A stretch of 63,572 nucleotides of DNA, filler included, from Chiloscyllium plagiosum (Eukaryota), in assembly GCF_004010195.1 (NCBI RefSeq). It is 3 parts of one record of this genome, joined end to end, with 100 filler letters (N's around TTAATTAATTAA, not from the genome) between each part and the next. Parts side by side here need not be neighbours in the genome. Positions count along the whole stretch, not along the records: positions 1 to 26,662 come from NC_057717.1; 2 more parts are not named here. The stretch is one strand, 5' to 3'. The notes under the pieces were generated by a model, which ran no database searches, was not told the origin of the DNA, and worked only from the letters and a program-made list of their open reading frames with translations. The translations under genes were made by a program, and so were the position numbers. This document shows, in pieces, positions 11,621 through 23,289 of the stretch; positions within the stretch are counted from its first letter, which is position 1; each line of letters starts with the position of its first letter.

Positions 11621-12114
11621 NNNNNNNNNNNNNNNNNNNNNNNNNNNNNNNNNNNNNNNNNNNNNNNNNNNNNNNNNNNNNNNNNNNNNNNNNNNNNNNN
11701 NNNNNNNNNNNNNNNNNNNNNNNNNNNNNNNNNNNNNNNNNNNNNNNNNNNNNNNNNNNNNNNNNNNNNNNNNNNNNNNNNNNNNNNNNNNNNNNNNNNN
11801 NNNNNNNNNNNNNNNNNNNNNNNNNNNNNNNNNNNNNNNNNNNNNNNNNNNNNNNNNNNNNNNNNNNNNNNNNNNNNNNNNNNNNNNNNNNNNNNNNNNN
11901 NNNNNNNNNNNNNNNNNNNNNNNNNNNNNNNNNNNNNNNNNNNNNNNNNNNNNNNNNNNNNNNNNNNNNNNNNNNNNNNNNNNNNNNNNNNNNNNNNNNN
12001 NNNNNNNNNNNNNNNNNNNNNNNNNNNNNNNNNNNNNNNNNNNNNNNNNNNNNNNNNNNNNNNNNNNNNNNNNNNNNNNNNNNNNNNNNNNNNNNNNNNN
12101 NNNNNNNNNNNNNN
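11621..12114. other. Assembly gap
   Basis: N run. Confidence 1.
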
Positions 12115-12360
12115 AAGGGGGCTCTGGATTTAGCTGCCTGACCCTTTTCACTTTATGAGAACACATTTTCTTGGAACCACTTTAATCTCCTCTCAGACTA
12201 CCTGCCACAGCTCTCATTCTGATTTATCTTCTAGTTACTTGTTTCTGTTTACTTCAAGAAATAAAGCTAGACAATGTCTTCTTTGTCCAGCTTTGTCCTT
12301 TACAATACTTATGTTAAAATCAAATGAATTATGATCACTATCCCCTAAATATTGTCCTTT
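12115..12360 (-). mobile_element. CR1 endonuclease C-terminal fragment
   Basis: GQYLGDSDHNSFDFNISIVKDK in ORF 12235-12480. Confidence 0.75.
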
Positions 12361-13600
12361 TCTTGCCAGTTGGCAATGGTAATGACTGCGGATGGTGCTA
12401 ACTGAGGAAATGTCAATATATTCATTCCTGCTGCTGAGTGTCGGTTGTGGAAGGAGGGAGTCGTCGTGGATGGGAACCATTTATTTCAGCTGCTTGGTCT
12501 TTAATCGTGTCAAACTGAGTACTTCTGGAGTTGCATTCTTCAAACAAGTGGAGGTTATTTGATCGTATTCCTGATTTGAACCTTGGAGATTTTGGACAGG
12601 CTTTGGCAAGGCAGAAGAAAAGTTACTTGCTGCAGGATTCCTAACTTCTGATCTGATGTTCTCACCGTAGCAGTGAAATGGTCTTGGATTAACCTGAGAA
12701 TGTTAGTGCCAATGGATTCAGCAATGCTACTGCCTTTGAATGTTGAATGCCGATGATGAGATGGTTTAAGATGGTCATTGTCTGACATTTGTGTGGCACA
12801 GATCATATTTGTCAGCCCCGAAGCCTGGCTGCTGTCCAAGTCACGCTGTATTTGGACTGATTTTTGTGATCTGAGGAGTTGGGATTTGTAAACTCATGAG
12901 CCAACCTCATCACATCTGATCGTATGAAGGAGTGAGCTTGCAGATTGCTGCTTTTGCAAAGTCCCTGCTGCCTTTGTTCTTCTAGATGGCAGTGAGTTTA
13001 GAAGGTACTGTCCAATAAGCCTTGGAGCAGTGAGTCGTGTCGATGGTATACACTGTTATTGCTGCGCATCAGTGGGATATGGATGGATGGTCGTGGAAGT
13101 GATAATTATTAAATTAGCTGAAATTTCACCTTACATTACATCGCAAGAATAACCATCACAGGTTTTGGGGAGTTAGTACGTGAATTCCTAACCTCTGACC
13201 TGCTCTTAAAGGCAGTGTTCTTATTATGGCTGGTCCAGGGCAATTCCTAGTCAATGAAAGCACCCAGGATGCTGATAGACACCATGTTGGGGACTTAGTG
13301 ATGGGAACCCAGTGATGGGAATGCTATTGAAATCTAAGAATGATGGTTTGATTCTTTATTGTTGCATTTGTCTAATATTTGAGTGTCGTGAACATTACTT
13401 GCTGTTTGTCAGACAAAACCCTGATGTTTTCCAGGTCTTGTTGCATTTCAGCATGGCCTGTTTCAGGAATGGTATAATCAGTGACCATTCCCCCGCCTGA
13501 CCTTATAATGGAGAGAGGGCCATTGCAGCAGCTGGAAATAGTTGAGCCTCAGACACTCTCTTTCCTGAGGAACGGCTGCAGAACTCTCCTGGTGTTCCAG

Positions 13601-14216
13601 TTACTCACACTGACAACAGGCATTATTGATGCTGGGGATACTTACTCAAACTGACAACAGGCATTATTGTTGCTGGGGATAATTACTCACGCTGACAACA
13701 GACATTATTGTTGCTGGGGATAATTACTCACACTGACAACAGGCATTATTGTTGCTGTGGATAATTACTTACACTGACAACAGGCATTATTGTTGCTGGG
13801 GATAATTACTCACACTGACAACAGGCATTATTGTTGCTGTGGATAATTACTTACACTGACAACAGGCATTATTGTAGCTGGGGATAATTACTCACACAGA
13901 CAGCAGGCATTATTGTTGCTGGGGGCAATTACTCACACTGACAACAGAATTATTGATGATATGGATAATTATTCACACAGACAGCAGGCATTACTTTTGC
14001 TGGGAAAAAATACTCAAACTAACAACAGGCATTATTGTAGCTGGGGATAATTACTCACACTGACAACAGGCATTATTGTTTCTGGGGATAATTACTCACA
14101 CAGACAGCAGGCATTATTGTAGCTGGGGATAATTACTCACACTGACAAGAGGCATTATTGTTTCTGGGGATAATTACTCACACTGACAGCAGGCATTATT
14201 GGTTCTGGGGATAATT
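13601..14216 (+). repeat. 41-bp minisatellite, about 15 copies
   Basis: Unit TTACTCACACTGACAACAGGCATTATTGTTGCTGGGGATAA, head-to-tail. Confidence 0.97.
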
Positions 14217-15109
14217 CTCACCAGCAGAATACTTGCCCCAGACTCTGATTAACTATAGTTTTACTCGGGCTCTTATTGTCACACCCTGTTACACAGTGAC
14301 ACGGTGTTAAGAGTAATTACTCTCACTGCCCCTTTGAAGTTCCACTCTTTAAAACTGAGCTTGCAATAGGTTCAGGATCTGAGTGTGCCTGACTGCACAC
14401 TACCTGAATGACACTGAGCAGATTATTGCTGATTGATCCCATTTTGCTGACATTTTCCATCAGACTTCCACGGTGCACCGTACACCAACAGGTCAGTGAT
14501 TGGCTGCAATGCAAGGGCCTTGGTTTTTTTTTCACAGGGCACACTCGGCAGTTTATCACATTGTTGGTAGGTGTCAGTGTTCTTGCTGGAATGGAACAGC
14601 TTGGCTAGAGATGTGCCAATCTCTGGAGTTAAATCACAGCTTTCAGTATCTCCAGCCATTTCTTGACATTGTGTGGAGTGAATCGAATTGCCTGAAAATT
14701 GGGGTCAATGATGCTGGGGCCTACTGAAGGAGGCTGAAATGGATCATCTGCTTAGCCCGCCTGGCTGAACGTTGTTACTAATGCCGCAGCTTTATTTTAT
14801 TCCTCCCCAATAATTGAGGATTTCATTGCTGGAGAGCAGCAGTCTCCTCCTCCAGTGGTCTCTTTCATTGTCCACTATCTTTTATAACTACATGTGGCAG
14901 GACTACAGGGATAGATCTGAACCATTGATAATGAGATCACTGAGCTCTGTCCATCACTTGCTGCTTGTGCTGTCGGAATACAAATCGTCCCGTTTTGCAG
15001 CTGAAGGCAGTAAGAGTTTCTCCAGGTTGTCCCTCGTCTCTAGGTCTGGCTGGTGCTGTTCCCAGCATGTTCTTCTGTACTCATCATTGACCCAGGGTTA
15101 TTCACTGGC

Positions 15110-15545
15110 TTGATAGTTACTGTACAGTGGGAGGTATGTTGGGCCGTTATGTTTACTGTACAGTGGGAGGTATGTCAGGCCGTGGTGGCTACTTAGAGTG
15201 GAAGGTATGTCGGGCCGTGATGGTTACTGTACAGTGGGAGGTATGTCGGGCCTTGACGGTCGCTGTACAGTGAGAGGTAAGTCAGGCCATGATGGTTGCT
15301 GTGCAGTGGAAGTTATGTCGGGCCGTGATGGTTACTATACAGTGGGAGGTATGTCGGGCCGTGATGGTTACTGTACAGTGGGAGGTATGCCGGGCCATGA
15401 TGGTTACTGTACAGTGGGAGGTATGCCGGGCCGCGATGGTTACTATACAGTGTGAGGTATGTCGGGCTATGATAGTTACTGTACAGTGGGAGGTATGTCA
15501 GGCCGTAATAGTTACTGTACCGTTGGAGGTATGTTGGGCTGTGAG
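15110..15545 (+). repeat. 36-bp minisatellite, about 12 copies
   Basis: Unit GATGGTTACTGTACAGTGGGAGGTATGTCGGGCCGT. Confidence 0.97.
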
Positions 15546-15647
15546 GTTGCAGACTGTATGAGTTGTACAGAATATGATTCTGCTCCTGCCGATGGTCCAT
15601 TGCTCCTCATGGATGCATTATCATTAGTTTCTCAATCTGTTTAAAGT

Positions 15648-15742
15648 CTGTCCAGGGGGCTACATATCATGGTGAGGGGAGTCTGGAAAATGTCACTGTC
15701 CAGGGGGCTACATATCATGGTGATGGGAGTCTGGAAAATGTG
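15648..15742 (+). repeat. 48-bp tandem duplication
   Basis: CTGTCCAGGGGGCTACATATCATGGTGA at 15648 and 15696. Confidence 0.9.
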
Positions 15743-15748
15743 AAGGTA

Positions 15749-15830
15749 GGAGAAAGTGAGGACTGCAGATGCTGGAGATCAGAGCTGAAATTGTGTTGCT
15801 GGAAAAGCGCAGCAGGTAGGAAGCATCCAC
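15749..15830 (-). mobile_element. Penelope-like terminal fragment
   Basis: GGAGAAAGTGAGGACTGCAGATGCTGGAGATCAGAG is identical to the start of the 9569 insert. Confidence 0.8.
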
Positions 15831-16732
15831 CCTGCAGTAGGCAGATCTGTGACAGTGTGGTCAATTATACGTTTCGCTTTTATTGATTCCCTCATAATCT
15901 GCCGCAGAGCAGTCCAGCAGTCACAGGATCCAGCATCAAAGCTGAGCACGATACTGACTATATACACGGAGCTGTCCCCCTCTGCCTGGCTTGTCCTGTC
16001 AGTTAGACAGACCCTAACAGAGAGGATGGTGAAGTTGCCTGGTATTAGTCCTGTTCACAGAATCCTGCTTTACAGATAATATCTGACTTTGCTTGATTAG
16101 TCTGTGAGATACATACTGCAGGTCGCTTTTACATTTTGTATAATGAAGAGTTAATATCACTTTGTTTCTTGCATATTTTAAAATAAACCAAGACATCATT
16201 ATTTTTCAGTTGAAAACAATTGAAGCGAACAATAATTGAATTACCAGAGCGCACAGCTAACTATTATTCAATTCAGTGACTGTAGTAAACAGCCGATTCA
16301 TGTTCAGATCAGTGAACACACCAACTTGCAGGCAGCAAATCTCTTGGAAATGACTTTGAGGAAAAGCCTGAATTCAGACACAGTGTTACTGGCCCTCACC
16401 ATGACCTCCAAAATACTGGCCATCTCCAAAATCTGTCCAGTGAGTTTCCAAACTGGAGCTGAGCAGTTACTGACATAATTCCTCACAATAGACTGGTTAG
16501 AGACATACCTGAACACGGGGACATGTGAGTGGGGAAAACTGGTCAATGGACTAGCACATGGTACTGATCCAGACGCAGTTCAACATTTGTAACAATGACC
16601 TGTAAACAGCGATGTCTTGCAAATATATATCTTCTGGTATCGCACCTAAACTCTGCAATGCTGCACCTTGGATCCGATTCTGAATGAAGGTGTTATTTAG
16701 GTGAGGGGTTCCTGCAGCACATGGCATCTTAC

Positions 16733-16998
16733 ATTGAATCCCTCATAAACCATATCCAGTATATGTTAGCCCCACGATGTCAGTGTCCAAACATAATTGT
16801 ACAGCTCCATTGATGGCCAGCATCATCCCAGCCCAACAACCTTGTGTGTGACTTGAGTTGGAAATTTCTGTGTAAATGTTTGCAGCATTGTTCTAACCAT
16901 TAACAGCAAAGTCTCTTTACTGAAGTTTCGATAGCCTTTCATAATAGCAACTTTTAGATTGTCCCATAAGCATTATATCCCCGCTTTATTCCGTTCAC
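16733..16998 (-). pseudogene. Candidate decayed Ig-like-domain exon
   Basis: 266 nt between TTGTTTTCAAG| and |GTAAGA; one frame contains RLCC*WL..LLGWDDAGHQWSCTI; stops in all frames. Confidence 0.25.
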
Positions 16999-17157
16999 CT
17001 TGAAAACAAGATTATGATGAAAACAGTGCACAACTCACAGTAAGGAGCATTGAAATGATAAATCTCATTCCCACACCAAGACCGAAGTATTATTAAGTAC
17101 AAGTACTTTGAAAATATACAATTATTTTCCCTTGTATTAATATTGTGAACAAATAGT

Positions 17158-17550
17158 CGACTCTCTTGCTTCTCAGATGTTGCCTGAACGGCTGTGCTTT
17201 TTCAGAACCACACTTTCTGACTCTGATCACCAGCATCTGCAGTCCTCACTTTCCCCCTGCTAATATCCACTCATAATCGTTTTCGTGGCAACAATATTAC
17301 TGTGTGTTTAAACATGTTAGTCAGATATGAGTATATTTTCAATTGCCTCTGTCTATCTCAGAGCTCAGTCATGTGGGATGTGAATGTCAGTGTCTGTGTG
17401 ATGCTTCGTATGCAGTCCATGCCTCTGAGAGACTGTCCGATTGTTTCAAACAGCATATTCCTTCAGCTGTCTACAACAAACAGGTTACTGCCTGGACCCA
17501 ACTAGCCAGCGCTCACAAAACCCAAAGCACAGTGTCCAGAATTGGGCAGG
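17158..17550 (+). mobile_element. Penelope-like terminus followed by a GIY-YIG endonuclease remnant
   Basis: 17158-17257 is the reverse-complement PLE arm; ORF 17343 reads SHVGCECQCLCDASYAVHASERLSDCFKQHIP, resembling the PLE VVY.F.C.C...YVG.T..RL..R.KQH motif. Confidence 0.72.
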
Positions 17551-17569
17551 TCTGGACAATACTTTTCAT

Positions 17570-19918
17570 GTTAACTTATTCATGGAATATGATAAGGCCA
17601 GTATTTATTGCCTGTCCCTTCTTGCCCTTGAGAAGGTGGGGATGAGCTGTCACATTGACCCGCTGCAGCCCATGTGCTGTAGGTAGACATAGAACACCAT
17701 TAGGGAAGGAACATGAAACAGTGACACTGTAGAACGGCAATATACTTCCCAATCAACTGGGTAGATGGCTTGTATTGGAACCCGAACATGGTGGTCCCAT
17801 GTATCTGCTTGCCTTGTCCTTCTTGATGATCGAGGGTTCAGAGGTACGTTGTACGGAGCCTTGGCAAATTTCTGCAGAGCACTGTGTAGATGGCACACAT
17901 TGCTGCTGCACAGTGGCAGTGGAAGAGGGGTGAAGCTGCACTCACACGGGAAAATTGAAGCATTTACTCACACACACACTCAACATGAGTCGTTTTGATG
18001 GGAGACAGGCTTTCCAAATTTTTGAGGTGAGTCATTCTTGTAGGATTTCTTGCCCCTGACATATTCTTTTAGCCAATGAATTAATATGTATCAAAGTGGG
18101 GCGCTGGAAATGCACAACACGACAGGCAGCACCTAAGGTACAGGAGAATCAATGTTTTAGCATAAGTCCTTCAGAGGACTGGGTAATGAAATCATATGGT
18201 CAGTCCAGTTCTGCTTAACGGTAATCCCCAGGATATTGCTAGGTGGGTGTTCAGTGATAGTGGTGGCATTGAACATTAAAGGATACGGCACACTTTTCTA
18301 TTGTTAGAGGTAATTGTTGTCTGGCACGTGTATAATGGAAATTGTACTTGTCACTGTTAAGCACACACTTGCATATTTCCATGTCCTGTTGCATTTGGAT
18401 AAGGATTAGTTCAGTATCTGAATAAATCACGAATGGTGTTGAGCATTGTCCAATCATTGGCAAACATCCTCACTTGTGACTTTACAGTGTAGGGATGGTC
18501 ATTTATGAAGCAGCTGAAACTTATTGGGCCTAGGGCAGAGAGCACTCTTACAGCTCACGGATGCTGCCCCTCTCTCTGAGCTAGGAAGCTTGCTTCTAGT
18601 TCCACCTGCTCCAGAGGTGTCTAACAACATATCTGAACAGAATAATGTTACAGTGTCTTCCCCAAGGATCTGAGCGAATACTTGGTTAGCACAATAAGTT
18701 GGATGGCTCGTTTGTAATGCAGATTAATGACGACAGTCTGGGTTCAGTTCCTGCACTGAATGAGGTGTCTGAAAATGGCTGCCTTACTCAACCTCTCCCT
18801 TGCTTGAGGCATGATGACTGTCCAGTTAAGCTGCCGCTAGTCGCATCTATCTAACAAGAGAACAACCCTGTTGGCGTATGGTGCCCTGCCTTTCCATTTC
18901 TGGTCTACAGGTTTACTCAGAACCCCCCGGGGAACCGCTTCGGAGATGGCTGCTCCCCACCAACCCCAGCCACCTTCCTTTGTACCAGGTATAACTTCAA
19001 CCAGTGCAGACGATTCCTATTTGCTCCAGTTTTGCTGTTAATCCAGGATATGACATTTGGTCAAATGCAGTAATGATGATGTTAAGTACAGTCACTGTCA
19101 CCTCATCTCTCGAATTCACCTTGTTTTACATCGTTAAACCAAGGCTTCAATGTGCCCAAGGGATGAGAGCTCAAACTGAACTTCATTGAGCAGGTTGGAG
19201 CTGAGGCAGTGCTGCTTGACCCTACTGTAGTTGACATCTTCCATCACTTTGTTAATGTTGGGATTAGAGCAATGGGCCAGTCATTGATTGTTGGATGTTT
19301 TGTCTGTGTGTGCACAGGACACACCCTGATAGTTTCCCACATTGTCAGGTAGGTACCAGTGCTGTATCCCAACAGGAACAGCTTGGATGGAATGTTCTCA
19401 AGGCCCACAGCCTTTGCATTCCCCATCCCTCCAGCCGTTTGAGTTACCACACACAGTGAATCAAATTAGCTGATGACTGCCATCTGGAGAAGACTAAAAT
19501 AGATCATCCCATCGACACTTTGGTCCAAACATTGTTTTTCTTAGCTTTTCTATTGTTGTGCTGGGCCCTTTCATCCTTGAGGAAGGCGATCTTTGTGGAT
19601 TCTACTTCTCCAGTGAGTTGTTTAATTGACCACACAATTCATGCTGATTGCATGTGACAGGATTGCAGAGATTAGGTCTGGTTTGTTAGTTAGATCTGTC
19701 TGTCCCTTGCTGTTTACACTATTTGTTAAGTAAGTGGTCCTGTTTGGTAACATCACCTCATTGTGAGATCTACCTGGTGCTGGTCGTGGCCAGTCCTCCT
19801 ATATTCCTCATTGAACAAGGATTTATCCCCTGGCCTGATGGTCAGGGTAAAGTGGAGCATATGCCAGGCAGTGACAGTGAAAATTGTGCTGGAATACAAT
19901 TCTGATGCTGTTGGTAAT
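17570..19918 (-). mobile_element. Decayed LINE family B copy with nested inserts
   Basis: Tail motif at 17575-17660; RT-like AKAVGLENIP..LF...YSTGTYLTMWETIRVCPVH in ORF 19244-19450. Confidence 0.75.
18682..18900 (+). mobile_element. Decayed tRNA-derived SINE
   Basis: A-box-like TTAGCACAATAAGTTGG and B-box-like GGGTTCAGTTCC, interrupting the LINE. Confidence 0.55.
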
Positions 19919-20418
19919 NNNNNNNNNNNNNNNNNNNNNNNNNNNNNNNNNNNNNNNNNNNNNNNNNNNNNNNNNNNNNNNNNNNNNNNNNNNNNNNNNN
20001 NNNNNNNNNNNNNNNNNNNNNNNNNNNNNNNNNNNNNNNNNNNNNNNNNNNNNNNNNNNNNNNNNNNNNNNNNNNNNNNNNNNNNNNNNNNNNNNNNNNN
20101 NNNNNNNNNNNNNNNNNNNNNNNNNNNNNNNNNNNNNNNNNNNNNNNNNNNNNNNNNNNNNNNNNNNNNNNNNNNNNNNNNNNNNNNNNNNNNNNNNNNN
20201 NNNNNNNNNNNNNNNNNNNNNNNNNNNNNNNNNNNNNNNNNNNNNNNNNNNNNNNNNNNNNNNNNNNNNNNNNNNNNNNNNNNNNNNNNNNNNNNNNNNN
20301 NNNNNNNNNNNNNNNNNNNNNNNNNNNNNNNNNNNNNNNNNNNNNNNNNNNNNNNNNNNNNNNNNNNNNNNNNNNNNNNNNNNNNNNNNNNNNNNNNNNN
20401 NNNNNNNNNNNNNNNNNN
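19919..20418. other. Assembly gap
   Basis: N run. Confidence 1.
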
Positions 20419-20540
20419 ATGTGAATCCGGACCCACAGCAATATGGCTGACTCTGATCTGCCCTCTGGTTAATTAGCAGTGGGGCAAAGAATGCTGGTCC
20501 AATCAGTGTCACCCTCATCCCATGAATGAATAAATGAAAA
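20419..20540 (+). mobile_element. 3' part of a SINE sharing the family-B tail
   Basis: GACCCACAGCAATATGGCTGACTCT..CATCCCATGAATGAATAAA; reverse-strand copies at 33030-33350 and 35920-36095. Confidence 0.7.
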
Positions 20541-20549
20541 TGCATATGT

Positions 20550-21925
20550 CACTCCCTACCTCTGCAAACCCCTGCAGCTGCAGCAATCCGTACTGGCTTT
20601 GTAACACCGTTCAGGCCCGGACCACTCTCTGTAACACTCTCACAACCTCCAGCACCTTCATCTCTCCCTGTTCCTATCGTGTCATTAAACCCTGAAAAAG
20701 ATTCCTCTTCCCACTGTCTTCCCCCCTGCTCGTAGATCCTTTGCAATCCCTTTAACACTTACTGCTTAAACTCTCTTTCATTTCAGGATCTTAAGTACTT
20801 TGTGGTAATTGTCTAACCCTCATAATCTGACATGATTCATTTTGTCCTGAGTGAGGGATGGGTGGGAATTCGTTGCTGAGGTTTTGTCTGTTTCAATGGA
20901 ATGTCCTTTTGTTGAGTGGTTTACACTGTTCCTTCAAATGTTTTCCACTGTTCAATTATTGACACATGTTTCGCCTGTTTACCTTGGTCAGGTCTCCTCT
21001 CAAACTCATGTAATTGGCTGTTTTTGTTTCTAGTTGTAGCTTGTCCTTTCTGTGATTCACTTTAAAATTTTACATCACTTTATACGGCACTTTACACAAT
21101 TTCCCAGACGATCTCCCCAGGTGACATTACTCACGAAGTTTCGTGACACAACGGTCGCTCTGAGGTATTTACGTCCCTAGCCAGTTGAACAATGTGTTAT
21201 TCAAAGAAACACTAAAAATAAATTCTACAATCTCCTCTTCGAATATCACTCTGGTTGGTGTGATGGTGAAGATTATGTGAATATTGAAGTTTCACTAAAT
21301 TATCACAATGCATTTATTAAAAATTCCAATGAGTTCTTCTTTAATGCAGTGATGAGCAATGAAATGTTGTTAAGTGGCTAAAACTGTTCTGCTGCTTGTG
21401 TCCTGGGCAAGTCATAATTAGAATTTACATTCAGACAGACTCTACCTCATGATCTGAGACCAAATGCTTTCTCTGTAATACCTTTGTTATCCATTATTGT
21501 CAGAGTTACCCATTTTTCCTAAGTTTCCGCAAGGTTGTAAACCATTGAATATTTACGTTCCAACTGTTGTTCGTCCTGCAACCATATCTCCCTGGTGTCT
21601 AAATCTCTTTTATCTCGGTGTCACAAATCAGTCTACCTTGCTACAGAGACTTTGTCCATTCCAAAATAAAACATTTCCCACAATTTCCTGTTACAAACGT
21701 ATTCACTGATGTCCAGTTTTAGTTAAAATCTGTCCCTTCCTGTTCCTTTCTGCTTGTCTTCAGCCACATCCCCGTGCTGTTAACATGTGTCATCTTTTCT
21801 ATTTAGATTTGGAAAGCTCCTTTCACCTGAACCCTCTTTCAGTTTAAAGACCTGTCCATAAACCTATCGACATGAATGGCCTGGACACTGGTCCAGCTCA
21901 GTTCCAGTGGGACCCCATCCTAATG
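20550..21925 (-). mobile_element. Very decayed CR1 endonuclease-region fragments
   Basis: Patchy similarity to antisense EN segments elsewhere in the window. Confidence 0.45.
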
Positions 21926-21929
21926 GGTT

Positions 21930-22290
21930 TTTTAAAAAAAGTCAGGTATGGGATGTGGGTGTCTCTGGCTGACCAGTATATCTTGCCCAGCACTAGCTGC
22001 CCTTGAGCTGAGTTGCTTCCTCGGCCATTTCATAAGGTAATTGGGAGGCAAACACTTTGCTGTGTCTATGTTGTGCAGACCACGTGAGGATGGGCAGATG
22101 TCCTTCTCTGAATGACATGTGTTTGAATTTATTGTACGTGAGTAATGGTATTTATAGATTGTCAAATACTATTTTTAAAATAATTTATTTCAAATTCCAC
22201 CATTTCAGATGATGTGCTTCAAACCTGCCTCTCCTGAACATTAGCTAAGGTTTGGGATACATGCTCTAGCAATTATATCACTAGGCCAGT
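21930..22290 (-). mobile_element. tRNA-derived SINE with family-B tail
   Basis: Co-linear with 33030-33350; tRNA-like head at 22195-22290. Confidence 0.65.
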
Positions 22291-22560
22291 ACTTTGTCTG
22301 CTCACAGCCTTTTTATCCCTGAACACTGATAACAGTGTATCATGAAACTAAGCCTGTTTTTCCTTCATGATTGTTTGTTCCTGATACCTTCCTGCACTCT
22401 GGTGATATCACTCAGTCTCTCTCCGTGTGGTATCCCTTACTGTGTGTGTCTAATTGCTGCCTCTGTCAGCGCCTCCCTCTCTTGCAGCTACTCCAGATCC
22501 TGAGCCAGCAGAATTCTGCACTCCAGAGAGACGCAGCAGCACAGGCCAGGAATGGAGCCT

Positions 22561-22570
22561 GGGATTTTCC
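22561..22570 (+). promoter_or_regulatory. NF-kappaB-like site
   Basis: GGGATTTTCC fits GGGRNNYYCC; motif match only. Confidence 0.3.
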
Positions 22571-22810
22571 AGATCTCTGTGGGACACAGTAGTATTCTCC
22601 ATGTGTAACCTTCACTGCATCAGTCGAATTTCGCATTCTGTCTATTCATCTGTCTCCTGTAGATACTCAGGAAGTTCCTGACTCAATAGATTTCCCAGCT
22701 GCGGGTGTCCCATCCATTACTACATTGAAGATAGTTGGTCAGCCAGAGAGGCAAAGGGCAGGGAGATCTGGAACCTTCAATAAACCCTGCACTGACGTAA
22801 GATCACTCAC

Positions 22811-22866
22811 CGTGCACAGAGCAGAGAGCAGAGAGCAACGAGAGGGCTCCAAACATCAGCTGACAT
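22811..22866 (-). CDS. Candidate signal-peptide (leader) exon
   Basis: ATG at 22856 gives MFGALSLLSALCSVH+g (46 nt, phase 1); ATG at 22866 gives MSADVWSPLVALCSLLCA+cg; donor CG|GTGAGT at 22810; non-TE context. Confidence 0.4.
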
Positions 22867-23050
22867 TGCTGGAGGGGCAACAGTGTACAGACACACCTCA
22901 GTCTCAATCACCACGCCTGCTGTAAGTTTTGTTGTTCTGAGACAGTATCGGGAGTGTCACAGTTATCAATCCAGGCCTGTGATGTCTTAATGAGCACCAG
23001 GAAAACAGAGGAGAAAGCAGACTTCCCGTGAGTGGGTGGGAATGCTGCCT

Positions 23051-23060
23051 GGGATTTTTC
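23051..23060 (+). promoter_or_regulatory. NF-kappaB-like site about 190 bp upstream of the candidate leader exon
   Basis: GGGATTTTTC; motif match only. Confidence 0.25.
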
Positions 23061-23289
23061 TGTTCTGTGTTCCCCCTCCAACACTGTACATATACCATGT
23101 TCTCGTGGACCAGTGTCTTTAATAATTTGTAACTCCTATAACAGTTCCTGTCCCTATAAGCTCCACCTTCCCGATAGTCCCTCCCCATATTTGAAATGTA
23201 CTGCATTTCAATCTATTATCCTTATCTCTGAAACTCTCTTCAGTGTCTACACCATGCCTTATCTCTATAGTCTCCTCCTCCAATAACGA

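Larger units (their letters stand above)
12370..16120 (-). mobile_element. Decayed LINE family B copy hosting two minisatellites
   Basis: Co-linear with other copies at 17570-19918 and 40270-42190; RT-tail-like QKLGILQQVTFLL..SLSKISKVQIR in ORF 12555-12839. Confidence 0.7.

Noticed and set aside
11597..12166. Long ORFs spanning N runs (also near 19.8, 24.5 and 55.1 kb)
   Set aside because: Artefacts of translating gaps.
13601..14216. CRISPR-like appearance of the regular arrays (also 3165, 8221 and 15110)
   Set aside because: Head-to-tail units with no unique spacers, no cas genes, and vertebrate context.
15198..15644. MSGRDGYCTVGG repeat protein
   Set aside because: Translation of a 36-bp LINE-derived minisatellite, with stops in some units.
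16205..16445. Plus-strand acceptor/donor pair as an exon
   Set aside because: Early stops in all three phases and no recognisable motif.
16733..16998. MHC class II alpha-like reading (SCYY..FAVNG..WAG..QLC) in another frame
   Set aside because: Only cysteine spacing is suggestive; two internal stops and no diagnostic residues. Cannot be supported without a search.
21120..21200. Minus-strand donor GTGAGTAA at about 21130 as another exon end
   Set aside because: It lies in decayed CR1 endonuclease-like sequence and has no convincing acceptor or reading frame.
22580..22810. Ig/TCR V segment or RSS downstream of the leader-like exon
   Set aside because: The nearest acceptor (about 22657) leads to a stop within four codons; no WYxQ or YYC motifs; CACAGT words lack a correctly spaced nonamer.
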